DNA from: an uncultured Microthrixaceae bacterium
GTDB taxonomy: Bacteria > Actinomycetota > Acidimicrobiia > Acidimicrobiales > DATDAH01
Direction of reading: 5' to 3'
DNA: 64,000 bases
Assembly: GCA_963777805.1 (NCBI GenBank)
Contig: CAVZRY010000002.1
Span: 485,739-549,738 of the forward strand
Translations under genes and position numbers: made by a program
Notes under the pieces: generated by a model
What the model was told of the DNA's origin: nothing
Seen by the model: only the letters and a program-made list of their open reading frames with translations
Databases searched by the model: none
Part shown: in pieces, positions 32,669 through 42,714 of the stretch
Numbering within the stretch: position 1 is the first letter of the stretch
Layout of the letters: every line of letters begins with the position of its first letter

Positions 32669-32887
32669 TCACCGCACCTTGCCGGGGCGGCGGCGGTACC
32701 GGTGCTCCCAGCAGCCCTTGTGCCAGTGGCGGCGCAGGTCCGGGGCGAGACGGGGGACAGCCACCAGGTGGAAGGTCCGGGGCGGGATGTCCTGGTTGCA
32801 GCCCGGGCAGATGTAGGCCTTGGTGGCCTCGTAGGGCTGGACGAACCGGGTGTCGCAGTCCTCCAGCAGGGGGTCGGCCGGGGTCAC
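32669..32887 (-). CDS. Conserved hypothetical Cys/His-rich (putative zinc-binding) protein
   Basis: 72 aa from GTG 32887: ...YICPGCNQDIPPRTFHLVAV...RRHWHKGCWEHR. GTGA overlap with the upstream micro-ORF. Confidence 0.55.
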   Translation of the reverse strand: MTPADPLLEDCDTRFVQPYEATKAYICPGCNQDIPPRTFHLVAVPRLAPDLRRHWHKGCWEHRYRRRPGKVR

Positions 32888-32994
32888 CCGAACACCGCCC
32901 AGGCGACGAGGAGCGCGACGACCACGACGGCGCCGACGACCATCGCGATGTCGGCGGCGGTGACGCCGTGGGGGCGGAAGGGGTTGAGACCCAT
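32884..32994 (-). CDS. Putative 36-aa single-TM micro-protein
   Basis: MGLNPFRPHGVTAADIAMVVGAVVVVALLVAWAVFG. Translationally coupled to the next gene. Its ATG (32994) overlaps the divergent cytochrome c ATG (32993). Confidence 0.4.
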   Translation of the reverse strand: MGLNPFRPHGVTAADIAMVVGAVVVVALLVAWAVFG

Positions 32995-33394
32995 GACCAC
33001 CGAGTATGGCCCTGGACGGGGCGATCCCGCCGCTACTCTCCGCGCCGTGACCCGACGCTCCCACCTCCTCCTGGTCGCCACGATCGCCGCCGCGGCGCTC
33101 GTCCTGTCCGCCTGTGGCGGGGACTCGGAACCGGCCGGCGGTGGCGGGGACGAGGCCGGCCTCGGCCAGAGCGTCTATGAGGACAACTGCGCCCGGTGCC
33201 ACGGCCCTGACGGCGAGGGCGGCGTCGGCCCGCAGTTGGGCGACGGTGCGGTGGCCGAGAACTACCCGGACATCGAGGACCAGTTGGCCGTGATCCGCGA
33301 GGGCCGCAACGGCATGCCCGCGTGGGAGGGCACCCTCAGCCCCGAGGAGATCGAAGCGGTCGCCATGTTCGAGCGCGAGGAGCTCGGGCGGTAA
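32993..33394 (+). CDS. Class I c-type cytochrome, lipoprotein-like
   Basis: Signal/lipobox LLLVATIAAAALVLSAC, heme motif CARCHG, distal Met region GMPAWEG. Confidence 0.8.
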   Translation: MTTEYGPGRGDPAATLRAVTRRSHLLLVATIAAAALVLSACGGDSEPAGGGGDEAGLGQSVYEDNCARCHGPDGEGGVGPQLGDGAVAENYPDIEDQLAVIREGRNGMPAWEGTLSPEEIEAVAMFEREELGR

Positions 33395-33585
33395 CACTCG
33401 AGTGGCTTCGCTGCGCTCAGCAACTCGGGCGTCGCCCTCGTGGAGCGTCGTGCGGCTGCTCCGCTCCGCTGCGCAGCGTCACTGACCTCGGTCACTGTCC
33501 CTGGGTCCTCGTAGTCTGAGGTCCATCGCTCGGTAGGCCGGCGTCACGGCCCCCTCCACACCCCGTTCCACGCGGAGGGTCCACC

Positions 33586-35094
33586 GTGCTCGCATCCATC
33601 ACCTCGGCCTGCCTCCTCGGCATCGACGGCCACGCCGTCCGGGTCGAGGTCCACCTCACCTCCGGGTTGCCCGGCTGCACCATCGTCGGCCTGCCCGATG
33701 CCGCCTGCCGGGAGGCCCGGGACCGGGTCCGGGCGGCGGTAACCAACAGCGGGTTCGAGTTCCCGATGCGCAAGATCACCGTGAACCTGGCGCCGTCCTC
33801 GCTGCGGAAGGCGGGCTCGGGCCTCGACCTGGCCATGGCCGTCGGGGTGCTCGTGGCCTCCGACCAGGTGCCCGGCGCCGGCATCGACGAGCTGGCCTTC
33901 TTCGGCGAGCTCGGCCTCGACGGCTCGCTGCGACCGGTGCGGGGGATGGTCAGCCTCGTCGACGCCTCGCCGGTGGACACCGTCGTGGTGCCGGCTGCGG
34001 CCTACGCCGAGGCGACCGTGTACGGGCGTCACCGGGTGTTCTGCGCCCGTCGGCTGGTCGAGGTGGTGGAGGCCCTCCGCGGCGAGGAGCCGTGGCCCGA
34101 GCCGCCGGCGCCCGGCGTACCCGCTCCGAACGTCGTCCCGGCGGTGGTGCGGGACCTCGCCGACGTCCGGGGCCAGGCCGCGGCCCGCGCCGCGCTGGAG
34201 GTGGCGGCCGCCGGTGGCCACCACCTGCTGATGGTCGGGCCCCCCGGGGCGGGCAAGACGATGCTGGCCAGCCGCCTGCCGGGCCTCCTGCCACCGCTCG
34301 GGGTGGACGAGGCGCTCGCGGTGGCCCGCGTCCGATCCGCCGTGGGCGAGCCCCTCGGCATCGGGGAGCTGTCCACGAGCCCGCCCTTCCGGGCCCCGCA
34401 CCACACGGCGTCGCCGGTCGCCCTCACCGGCGGGGGCAGTGGCCTGCTCCGGCCTGGCGAGGTGTCCCGGGCATCGCACGGCGTCCTGTTCCTGGACGAG
34501 ATGGGGGAGTTCGCCCCGGCCGTGCTCGATGCCCTCAGACAGCCGCTCGAGGACGGCGTGATCCGCATCACCCGGGCCCAGGCGGCCGCGACGTTCCCGG
34601 CCCGGTTCCTCCTCGTCGGGGCCATGAACCCCTGCCCCTGCGGCGAAGCCGGGCCGGAGGGCTGCACCTGCTCGGACGGCGAGCGCTCCCGCTACCGCCG
34701 TCGGCTGTCCGGGCCGCTGGTCGACCGCTTCGACCTGCGCGTCGACGTCCAGCGCCCGTCCCCCGACGAGTTGCTGCGGGGCGAGCCGGGGGAATCGACC
34801 GCCGTCGTGGCCGCCCGGGTGCGGGAGGCGAGGGCGAGGGCGGCAGCCCGCGGCGTCACCAGCAACGCGCGCATCCCCCGGCGTCGCCTGGACGACCTCT
34901 GTCCGGTCACCCCGGAGACCGAGCTGGTCCTGGAGGGGGCGCTGACCCTCGGCCGCCTCTCGGCCCGCGGCCTGGATCGGGTCCGGCGGGTGTCCCGCAC
35001 CCTGGCCGACCTCGAGGGTCACGACGGCCCGGCAACCGTGGATCACACGCGCATGGCACTGATCCTGCGGGCCCAGCCCCTCGTGGCGGCCTGA
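33586..35094 (+). CDS. comM: Mg-chelatase-like ATPase ComM/YifB
   Basis: Uninterrupted 502 aa. GLPGCTIVGLPDAACREARDRV, Walker A GPPGAGKTMLA, VLFLDEMGEF. Confidence 0.9.
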   Translation: MLASITSACLLGIDGHAVRVEVHLTSGLPGCTIVGLPDAACREARDRVRAAVTNSGFEFPMRKITVNLAPSSLRKAGSGLDLAMAVGVLVASDQVPGAGIDELAFFGELGLDGSLRPVRGMVSLVDASPVDTVVVPAAAYAEATVYGRHRVFCARRLVEVVEALRGEEPWPEPPAPGVPAPNVVPAVVRDLADVRGQAAARAALEVAAAGGHHLLMVGPPGAGKTMLASRLPGLLPPLGVDEALAVARVRSAVGEPLGIGELSTSPPFRAPHHTASPVALTGGGSGLLRPGEVSRASHGVLFLDEMGEFAPAVLDALRQPLEDGVIRITRAQAAATFPARFLLVGAMNPCPCGEAGPEGCTCSDGERSRYRRRLSGPLVDRFDLRVDVQRPSPDELLRGEPGESTAVVAARVREARARAAARGVTSNARIPRRRLDDLCPVTPETELVLEGALTLGRLSARGLDRVRRVSRTLADLEGHDGPATVDHTRMALILRAQPLVAA

Positions 35095-35197
35095 CATGGC
35101 CGAGGAACCGTTCGCCGCCACCGGACCGCTGGTGCCGGTCGAAGCGCCGGTCCCGGCCGAGCCGAGGCCCCTGCCGACGAGAACAGCCGCGCCGGGC

Positions 35198-35316
35198 CTT
35201 GGGCCTCGTGGGCACGGTCGTCGGTCCGACGGTCACCCGCTTCGAGCTGGAGCTCGGCCCGGGGTGAAGGTGGCCCGGGTGACCAGCCGGCACAAGGACA
35301 TCGCCCACGCCATGGG
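35198..35316 (+). pseudogene. Isolated ~40-codon fragment of an FtsK/SpoIIIE-type translocase
   Basis: VVGPTVTRFELELGPG|VKVARVTSRHKDIAHAMG matches the segment preceding the FtsK motor domain (E. coli [32 protein letters not shown]). No further FtsK sequence lies either side. One internal frame break near 35260. Confidence 0.6.
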
Positions 35317-35319
35317 CCA

Positions 35320-36366
35320 GTGGGAACGTCGGCCTTGCCCGATGAGGCATATCTCGCCGGCGTGGCCTCGATCCCGGGCGTCGGCCCGGCCACGATCCGC
35401 GACGAGTTGTCGGAGCGGACCCCCGAGGAGGCGTGGTCCCGCCTGCGGACCCGACCCGGGGCGCCCGTCGACCTCGATGCGCTCTGGGAGCGACACCTCG
35501 ACGCCGGCGTGCTGGTCGTGGGCCGCGGCCATCCGGACTACCCGGCGACGCTGCGAAACGATCCCGAGCCGCCGGCCGTGCTGTTCTGTCGGGGCGACCT
35601 CTCGGCGCTCGACCGGCGACGGGTGGGTGTCGTCGGCACTCGTCGGGGTTCTCGTTACGGCCTCGACGTGGCCCGCCAGTTGGGTGAGCGGTTGGGGGCT
35701 GCCGGCGTGGCGGTGGTGTCCGGTCTCGCGTTGGGCGTGGACGGTGCCGTCCACCGGGGTCTCCTGCGGTCGGGCGGAGCGCCGCCGGTGGGCGTCGTGG
35801 GTTCCGGGCTCGACGTCGTCTACCCGGGCGGTCACCGGGACCTCTGGCGGCAGGTGGGGGAGGAGGGCCTGCTGCTCTCGGAGATGCCGCTCGGCATCCG
35901 GCCCACCCGCTGGAGCTTCCCGGCCCGGAACCGGATCATCGCCGGCCTGAGCGAGGTCGTCGTGGTGGTCGAGTCCGCCCAGAAGGGGGGTTCGCTCTAC
36001 ACCGCGGACGAGGCGCTGGCCCGGGACCTGCCGCTGTTCGCCGTGCCGGGGCCGATCACCAGCAAGGCGGCCAAGGGAACGAACCGGCTCATCGCCGACG
36101 GGGCCATGCCGTTGTGCTCGGTCGACGACGTGCTGTTGGCCCTCGGACTGAGCTCACCGACCGCCTCGGCCCAGACGATCCCCGAGCCCGGAGGCCCGGC
36201 CGGTCGGGTGCTCGACGCCTGTGCCCACGAGTCGGTGACCCTCCAGACCCTCGTCGACCGCAGCGGCCTGACCCTGCCCGAGGTCGCCGGCGCCATCGAC
36301 GAGCTCTGCCGCACCGGCTGGCTGGCCGAGTCCGCCGGCCGCTACGAACGCACCACGCCGCGTTGA
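35320..36366 (+). CDS. dprA: DNA-processing protein DprA
   Basis: VGVVGTRRGSRYGLDVARQLG, VVSGLALGVDGAVHRG, FPARNRIIAGLS, C-terminal winged-helix-like domain. Confidence 0.9.
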   Translation: MGTSALPDEAYLAGVASIPGVGPATIRDELSERTPEEAWSRLRTRPGAPVDLDALWERHLDAGVLVVGRGHPDYPATLRNDPEPPAVLFCRGDLSALDRRRVGVVGTRRGSRYGLDVARQLGERLGAAGVAVVSGLALGVDGAVHRGLLRSGGAPPVGVVGSGLDVVYPGGHRDLWRQVGEEGLLLSEMPLGIRPTRWSFPARNRIIAGLSEVVVVVESAQKGGSLYTADEALARDLPLFAVPGPITSKAAKGTNRLIADGAMPLCSVDDVLLALGLSSPTASAQTIPEPGGPAGRVLDACAHESVTLQTLVDRSGLTLPEVAGAIDELCRTGWLAESAGRYERTTPR

Positions 36367-36368
36367 AC

Positions 36369-36658
36369 GGAACCGAAACGATGGCAACCGACCGGGGGCC
36401 GGGACCTCGTCCGGGCACGGAGGGTGCGGGCTCGGGCGGCCCGTTCCAGCCCTTCTCGCCACCCTCCGTGGTCGAATCGCCGGCTACGACCCGACCCCGG
36501 CGAACTGGCACCGGATTTACGTCCTCTGGCACGTAGATCCGGTGCCAGTACGGCGACCGATCACCGCGAGTGGGATTCGCCGGGCCAGGAGGGCCTGCAT
36601 GCCCCCGACGGCCGGCGGCCCGTCCCCACGCCCCCGTTCTTGCCTCGGTGTCGTTGCC
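36369..36658. repeat. MITE-like repeat family, copy D (contains clamp hairpin #4 at 36502-36551)
   Basis: Left end ggaaccgaaacgatggcaaccgaccgggggcc. Right end ggcggcccgtccccacgcccccgttcttgcctcggtgtcgttgcc (inverted). Centre GAACTGG-caccggatttacgt-cctctggc-acgtagatccggtg-CCAGTAC. Confidence 0.75.
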
Positions 36659-36686
36659 CGCCGCCTGCGGCCTGACAGACCCCGAG

Positions 36687-38118
36687 TCAGTCCAAGCCGG
36701 CGAGCTTGCGGGCGTAGGCGATGGACCGGGGGCGTGGTTGGCGGTGTAGCTGCGGAGCATCTGCAGCTTCTCGGCCTCGAGGCTGCCCTCGGCGTGGACG
36801 GCGAGCACGGCGTGGTAGCCGCCGAGGTCCCGGGCGGTGAGGTCCGAGATGAGGTTCATCATGGCCAGGCGCTCGGGGGCGGGGGCGGCGCCGGCGTAGT
36901 ACTTCTCCAGCACGGGCCGGATCTCGGGCGAGTCCCAGTCGGCGCCCGAGGGCCCGGTCACCAGCAGGCCGCCGGCGAGTCCTGCAGCCAGCTCGACGGC
37001 CTTGTAGAAGCCGGAGGCGAAGGTGTACTTGGCCATGTTGGTGGTCATGGGGTCCGGGTAGGCGATGCCGTGCTCGCCGATGCGGGAGCGCGAGCGCCGC
37101 AGACTCGGTGAGGGCCCGGACGGTCTCGGCGTAGGCCACCAGTTGGGTGAGCTTGTCGCGGATGTGGCCCGCCTTCGTGACGCCGTTCATCTCGGCGATC
37201 AGGGCCGCGGCGCCGACGAAGGCGTCGACCAGCGGGAGCTTGTAGGACACCGCGGTGAAGCGGTGGTACTCCACGAAGGTCAGCGCCAGCGCACCGGCCT
37301 TCTCGGGCTCCTGGCAGAGGAAGACCCGCTCCCAGGGCACGAAGACGTCGTCGAAGACCGTGAGGGTCTCGAGCAGTCTTGTGCCTCGAGGAGACCGGGT
37401 GGTCGAAGGCATCGTGGCCGCCGCCCCCGCCGCCGTAGCCCGACACGTAGAGCGACAGGCCGTCGGCGTTGGCGGGCACCGCGAAGGACACGGCGTAGTC
37501 GGCGTCGTCGGGGCCCATGGCCCGGGTCGGGAAGACGATGATCTCGTCGCCGTTGGCGCTGCTGGTGGTGTGGCACTTGGCGCCCCGCACGACGATGCCC
37601 TCGTCGCTGCGGTCCACCACCCGCACGTAGAGGTCGGGGTCGGCCTGCTGGTGGGGCGCCTTGGAGCGGTCGCCCTTCACGTCGGTCTGGGCCACGGCCA
37701 GGGCCAGGTCCTCGTCCCGGCAGTGCCGGTAGTAGGCCTCGGCCTTCTCCCGGGCCTCACCCTCCAGCACCCGGAGCAGGGCGAACAGGCCGTCGGTGCC
37801 GATCTCGTTGATCAGGGTCACCACCGTGCCGCCCGCCGCCGTGCCCGCCTCGATGAGGTTCGACCGAGCCATCACGTCCTCGGCGTTGCGGGGGATGCGA
37901 TAGCCGGCGTTGTACTCGGCCCCGGTGTCGGGGTCGACGGCGACCGCCAGGTCGCGGTGGCCCGGGTCCTGGGCCAGGTCGAAGTCGATGGCGGCGTGGT
38001 CCACCGCCACCCGCAGGTCGGGCACGGCGTTGATGTCGGGCACCGGCTGACCCTGGTAGTGCAGGCGCCGGCCGTCGACCAGACCGGCGCGGTACTCATC
38101 AGCAGTGCGGAGCGGCAT
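36687..38118 (-). CDS. HpaB / 4-hydroxybutyryl-CoA dehydratase (AbfD)-family flavoenzyme (about 3 frame switches)
   Basis: DPDLYVRVVDRSDEGIVVRGAKCHTTSSANGDEIIVFPTRAMGPDDADYAVSFAVPANADGL closely parallels AbfD/HpaB. Continues ...VFDDVFVPWERVFLC...HIRDKL... and ends ...IAYARKLAGLD. Confidence 0.75.
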
Positions 38119-38313
38119 GGCGCGACACAGTACGTTCGTCGCCGCCTGCCGGGTCCGCTGCCTACGGCAGTGTCGGCGAACGTCGAGTCTGCTGCGCTCC
38201 GCTCCGCAGCGGCGACGCTCTGGGTGACGCGCCGTTCGGTGGACTCCGCCCGCCGGTATCTCACGCTCCGCGAGGTCGTGCCCGCACCGTGGTCGAGGCG
38301 GTAGCGTGCGTCC

Positions 38314-39212
38314 GTGGCCGCGGCGTGGGACCTCGACGAGTTCGCGGCGTCGCTGACCTCGCTGGCCCCGGCCAGCGTGACCGCCTACCGCCGTGACCTC
38401 GACGCCTTCGTCGAGTGGGCCGAGCCGCCTCGGGCTCACCGGTCCCGACGGGGTCGACCGTCGGGTGCTGCGCCGCTACGTCGCCTACCTCACCACCCGG
38501 GGCTACGCCCGGCGCACGATCGCCCGCCAGCGTCGCCTCCCTGCGTCGGTACTTCGACTGGCTCCGCCGGCGCGGCCGCATCGACGTCGACCCCTCGGCC
38601 CGCCTGTCGTCCCCGGGCCACGACGGGCGGCTGCCCCGGGTCCTGCGCCGACGACGAGATCGAGGTCCTCCTCGACGTCGGCCCGCCGCCGACCGACGAC
38701 CCGGTCGAGGCCGCGGTGGCCCAGCGCGACGTCGCCGTGCTCGAGCTCCTCTACGGCAGCGGCCTGCGGGTGGCCGAGGTGTGCGGCCTCCGACCCGGTC
38801 GACATCGACCTGGACCGGGCCCGCCGTCACGGTGTGGGGCAAGGGGTCCAAGCAGCGCCGTCGTCCCGCTGTCGCCGCCGGCGGTCGATGCCCTCCGCAC
38901 CTGGCTGACCGACGGGGTCGGTCGGCGCTGGTCGACGCCGAGACGCCCGCCGAGGCCGTGTTCGTGAACCGACGGGCGCACCCCCTCACCCCCCGCGACG
39001 TCCGTCGGATCCTCGACCGTCGGGCCGCCGGTCCCGCCCACCCCCACGCGCTGCGCCACACCTTCGCCACTCATCTTCTCGACGGTGGTGCCGACCTTCG
39101 TGCTGTGCAGGAACTTCTCGGCCACGCCGATCTGGCGACCACCCAGCTCTACACGCATGTGAGCCGGGAGCGCCTGCGGGGCGTGCTCGAGACGACCCAT
39201 CCTCGAGCGTAG
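38314..39212 (+). CDS. xerC: Tyrosine recombinase XerC (about 5 frame switches)
   Basis: [23 protein letters not shown]|[63 protein letters not shown]. Confidence 0.88.
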
Positions 39213-39215
39213 GAG

Positions 39216-40010
39216 ATGGGCGTGGAACGACAAGGCGGTGCGCGGCGTCGAGCGACCTGTGGGCCCGGTATCGCGCCGACCCCAGCGCGAGCCGACCGCG
39301 ACCAGCTGATCCTGCACTACTCGCCGCTGGTGAAGTACGTCGCCGGCCGGGTCGCGGTGGGCCTGCCCCAGAACGTCGAGCAGTCCGACCTCGTGAGCTA
39401 CGGGATCTTCGGGCTCATCGACGCCATCGACAAGTTCGACCCGGAGCGGGGCTTCAAGTTCGAGACCTACGCCATCACCCGCATCAAGGGCGCCATCCTC
39501 GACGAGCTGCGCTCGATCGACTGGGTGCCCCGCTCGGTGCGGGCCAAGGCCCGGGCGCTCGAGCGGGCCTACGCCAAGCTCGAGGCCGAGCTGCACCGCC
39601 GCCGACCGACGAGGAGCTGGCCGAGCGAGCTGGAGATGACCGAGGACCAGCTCCAGACCACTCCTCGCAGATCTCCTTCGTCGGCATCGTCGCCCTCGAC
39701 GAGATGCTCTGGCCAGGGCGGCGAGCGGGGCGAGTCGATGACCCTCGGCGACACCATCGCCGACAGCGGCGACGGACCCGGTCGGGCGCTTCGAGGTGCG
39801 AGGAGACTGCGTCAGCTCCTGGCCGACGCGATCAACCGCATCCCCGAGCGCGAGAAGCTCGTGCTCACCCTCTACTACTACGAGGGCCTGACCCTGGCCG
39901 AGATCGGCGAGGTCCTCGGCGTGACCGAGAGCCGGGTCTGCCAGATCCACACCAAGGCCGTGCTCCACCTGCGCTCGCGGGTGGTGGCGGCGGAGCGTTC
40001 GCCCGTCTAG
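39216..40010 (+). CDS. FliA/WhiG-type (group 3) RNA polymerase sigma factor (about 3 frame switches; N-terminus uncertain)
   Basis: LILHYSPLVKYVAGR, DLVSYGIFGLIDAIDKFDPERGFKFETYAITRIKGAILDELR, region 4 LTLAEIGEVLGVTESRVCQIHTKAV. Same position as whiG next to the M23 peptidase and rpsB in Streptomyces. Confidence 0.8.
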   Translation: MGVERQGGARRRATCGPGIAPTPARADRDQLILHYSPLVKYVAGRVAVGLPQNVEQSDLVSYGIFGLIDAIDKFDPERGFKFETYAITRIKGAILDELRSIDWVPRSVRAKARALERAYAKLEAELHRRRPTRSWPSELEMTEDQLQTTPRRSPSSASSPSTRCSGQGGERGESMTLGDTIADSGDGPGRALRGARRLRQLLADAINRIPEREKLVLTLYYYEGLTLAEIGEVLGVTESRVCQIHTKAVLHLRSRVVAAERSPV

Positions 40011-40059
40011 CGTCCCCACCGGCGCTTCCCCCGTCGAGAGTCTCTCCGGGGGTCCCCCT

Positions 40060-40653
40060 GTGTCCCGATCCGTTCGTTCGTGTCTGCTCGTCGTCGCGCT
40101 CGTCCTCAGCGCCTCTTTCGTCCCCTCCGCCGAGGCCGCGGTGGTCTACCGCCCGCCGGTCGACGCCCCGGTGGTCGACGGCTTCGCCCTCCCGGACGGC
40201 CCCTACGGTGCCGGCAACCGGGGCCTCGAGTACGCCACGGTGCCGGGGACGTCGGTGCGGGCCATCGGCGACGGCATCGTCGTCTTCGCCGGGCCGGTGG
40301 CAGGGAACCGGGCGGTCACCGTCCTGCACCCCGACGGGCTGCGCTCCAGCTACTCGTACCTGGCCGAGGTCCTCGTCGCCACGGGCGACCACGTCACCCT
40401 CGGCCAGACCCTGGGGACGGCGGGGGAGCGGCTCCACCTCGGGGTCCGCTCGGGCGGGACCTACCTCGACCCGGCCGCCCTGTTCACGGTGACCGAGGTG
40501 CACCTGGTGCCGGTGGAAGGCGCGCCTCACGGTTCTGGGTACGGAAACGTGCCGCCGGCGACACGCTCGGTGGATCAGAACGCGTCGTGGTGGGGGTGGT
40601 TGACGGGCGGTGGGGCGGGGAGCGTCGCCGGTACACTCGCTCGTCGGTCCTGA
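40060..40653 (+). CDS. M23-family metallopeptidase
   Basis: Signal-like N-terminus. NRGLEYATVPGTSVRAIGDGIVVFAG...VTVLHPDGLRSSYSYL...LHLGVR. Confidence 0.8.
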   Translation: MSRSVRSCLLVVALVLSASFVPSAEAAVVYRPPVDAPVVDGFALPDGPYGAGNRGLEYATVPGTSVRAIGDGIVVFAGPVAGNRAVTVLHPDGLRSSYSYLAEVLVATGDHVTLGQTLGTAGERLHLGVRSGGTYLDPAALFTVTEVHLVPVEGAPHGSGYGNVPPATRSVDQNASWWGWLTGGGAGSVAGTLARRS

Positions 40654-40743
40654 CCCCAGGGCCGGCAACCACTTCCGCCCGTGCCATTCCCGCGGTCGCC
40701 TCACGGCGCAAGCGCACGGGTTTCGCGAAACCGTCGGGGAGGA

Positions 40744-41911
40744 ATGAACCAGATGGCGCCTGTCGTCACCATGAAGCAGCTGCTGGACGCAGGTGTCCAC
40801 TTCGGACACCAGACCCGGCGCTGGAACCCCAAGATGAAGCGCTTCCTGCACGGGGAGCGCCAGGGGATCTACATCATCGATCTCGAGCAGACGCTCGACC
40901 GGGTGCGGATCGCGTACGAGTTCGTGCGGGACATGACCGCCGAGGGCGGGAACCTGCTCTTCGTCGGGACCAAGAAGCAGGCCTCCGACGCCGTCGAGTC
41001 CTACGCCCTGTCCTGCAACATGCCCTATGTCAACCAGCGCTGGCTGGGCGGGATGCTGACCAACTTCGAGACCATCTCCAAGCGGGTCTCCAAGATGGCC
41101 GAGCTGGAGCGCCAGCGGGACACCGGCGAGTTCGACGCCATGCCCAAGAAGGAAGCCCTGATGAACACCCGGGAGCTGGACAAGCTCCTGCGGAACCTGA
41201 ACGGCATCCGGAACCTCGATCGCAAGCCCGATGCCGTCTTCGTGCTCGACACCAAGAAGGAGCACATCGCGGTGACCGAGGCCAACAAGCTCGGCATCCC
41301 GCTGATCGCGGTGGTCGACACCAACTGTGACCCCGACGTCGTGGACTACGTGATCCCCGGCAACGACGACGCCATCCGCTCCGGTGCCCTGATGTGCCGG
41401 ATCATGGCCGACGCCGTGAAGGAGGGTCGCTTCATCCGCTCCAAGAAGGTGCCGGGCGACGGTGGCCCCGTGGCCCCCGCCGTGCGCAGCCCCGAGGAGG
41501 AGGCCGAGGTCGCCCGCCAGCAGGCCGAGGCCCGCGACCAGGCCGCCGCGCAGGCCGCCGAGCGCGACGCCCGCCTGGCTGCCGCCAAGCAGGCCGCCGA
41601 CGCCGGCGAGACGCCCGAGGCCGCGCCCGCTGAGGCTGCCGGCTCTGAGGCCGCTGCCCCCGAGGCTGCGCCGGCCGAGGCTGCTGCTCCCGAGGCTCCC
41701 GCGCCCTGAGGCTGCGCCGGCCGAGGCTGCTGCCCCTGAGGCCGCGCCGGCTGAGGCTGCTGCTGAGCCCGCCGAGGCCGCTGCGCCCGAGGCGCCGGCT
41801 GAGGCCCCCGCTGAAGATGCGTCCGAGGCACCCGCCGCTGAGGCTGCTGCTGAGGAGGCTCCGGCCGCCGAGGCCGAGACCGCAACCGCCGAGACCACCG
41901 AGGAAGGCTGA
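40744..41911 (+). CDS. rpsB: 30S ribosomal protein S2 with long Ala/Pro/Glu-rich tail (tail needs one frame shift near 41700; start may be ATG 40753)
   Basis: [28 protein letters not shown]..., [11 protein letters not shown]-track stop at 41709, but the same [11 protein letters not shown] repeat continues stop-free in ORF 41462..41911 up to 2 nt before the tsf start. Confidence 0.85.
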
Positions 41912-41913
41912 TC

Positions 41914-42714
41914 GTGGCCGAGTTCACCGCGAAGGACGTCCAGGCGCTGCGCAAGCAGACCGGGGCGGGGATGATGGACGCCAAGCGCGCCCTGGAGGAG
42001 AACGACGGGGACTTCGACGCCGCGGCCAAGTGGCTGCGGGAGAAGGGCCTGTCCAGCTCCGCCAAGCGCTCCGACCGGGCCAACGACCAGGGTGCGGTCG
42101 CCGTCGGCGGCGACTCCGAGGTCATGGCCATCGCCGAGATCAAGTGCGAGACCGACTTCGTCGCCAAGTCCGAGCAGTTCACCGACCTGGTCCAGGACCT
42201 GGCCGACCTCGTCGCCGCCAAGGGCGAGGACGAGGCCAAGGCCGACGTCGCCGAGCGGGTCGATGACCTCAAGGTCACGCTCAAGGAGAACATCGAGATC
42301 GGCGAGATCGTCCGCTTCGAGAAGAGCGGCGGCGACCTCATGGATTCCTACCTCCACATCCAGGAGGGCCGGGGCGTCAACGCCGTGCTCGTCGAGCTGG
42401 CCGGTGGCACCCAGGACCTGGCTCACGACCTCGCCCTGCACGTCGCCTTCAAGCGCCCGCCGTACCTCACCCGTGATCTCGTGCCCGAGGCCGAGATCGC
42501 CGAGGAGCGGGCCCTGCTGGAGGCCGAGACCCGCAACGAGGGCAAGCCCGAGCAGGCCATCGAGAAGATCGTCGAGGGCAAGCTCCAGGGCCGGTTCTTC
42601 GCCGACCGGGTCCTGCTGGACCAGAAGTTCGTGCGGGACGAGAGCCAGACCATCGCCGCCCTGCTCGGCGACGCCACCGTGGTGCGCTTCGCGCAGGTGG
42701 TGATCGGGGCTTGA
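41914..42714 (+). CDS. tsf: Elongation factor Ts
   Basis: [37 protein letters not shown]. Confidence 0.93.
   Translation: MAEFTAKDVQALRKQTGAGMMDAKRALEENDGDFDAAAKWLREKGLSSSAKRSDRANDQGAVAVGGDSEVMAIAEIKCETDFVAKSEQFTDLVQDLADLVAAKGEDEAKADVAERVDDLKVTLKENIEIGEIVRFEKSGGDLMDSYLHIQEGRGVNAVLVELAGGTQDLAHDLALHVAFKRPPYLTRDLVPEAEIAEERALLEAETRNEGKPEQAIEKIVEGKLQGRFFADRVLLDQKFVRDESQTIAALLGDATVVRFAQVVIGA

Noticed and set aside
36460-36500. tRNA-like T-arm string gtggtcgaatcgccgg, and a general search for tRNA, rRNA, tmRNA and SRP RNA.
   Set aside because: No acceptor or anticodon arms can be drawn around it, and it lies inside MITE-like copy D. I found no convincing structured RNA gene anywhere in the window by eye.
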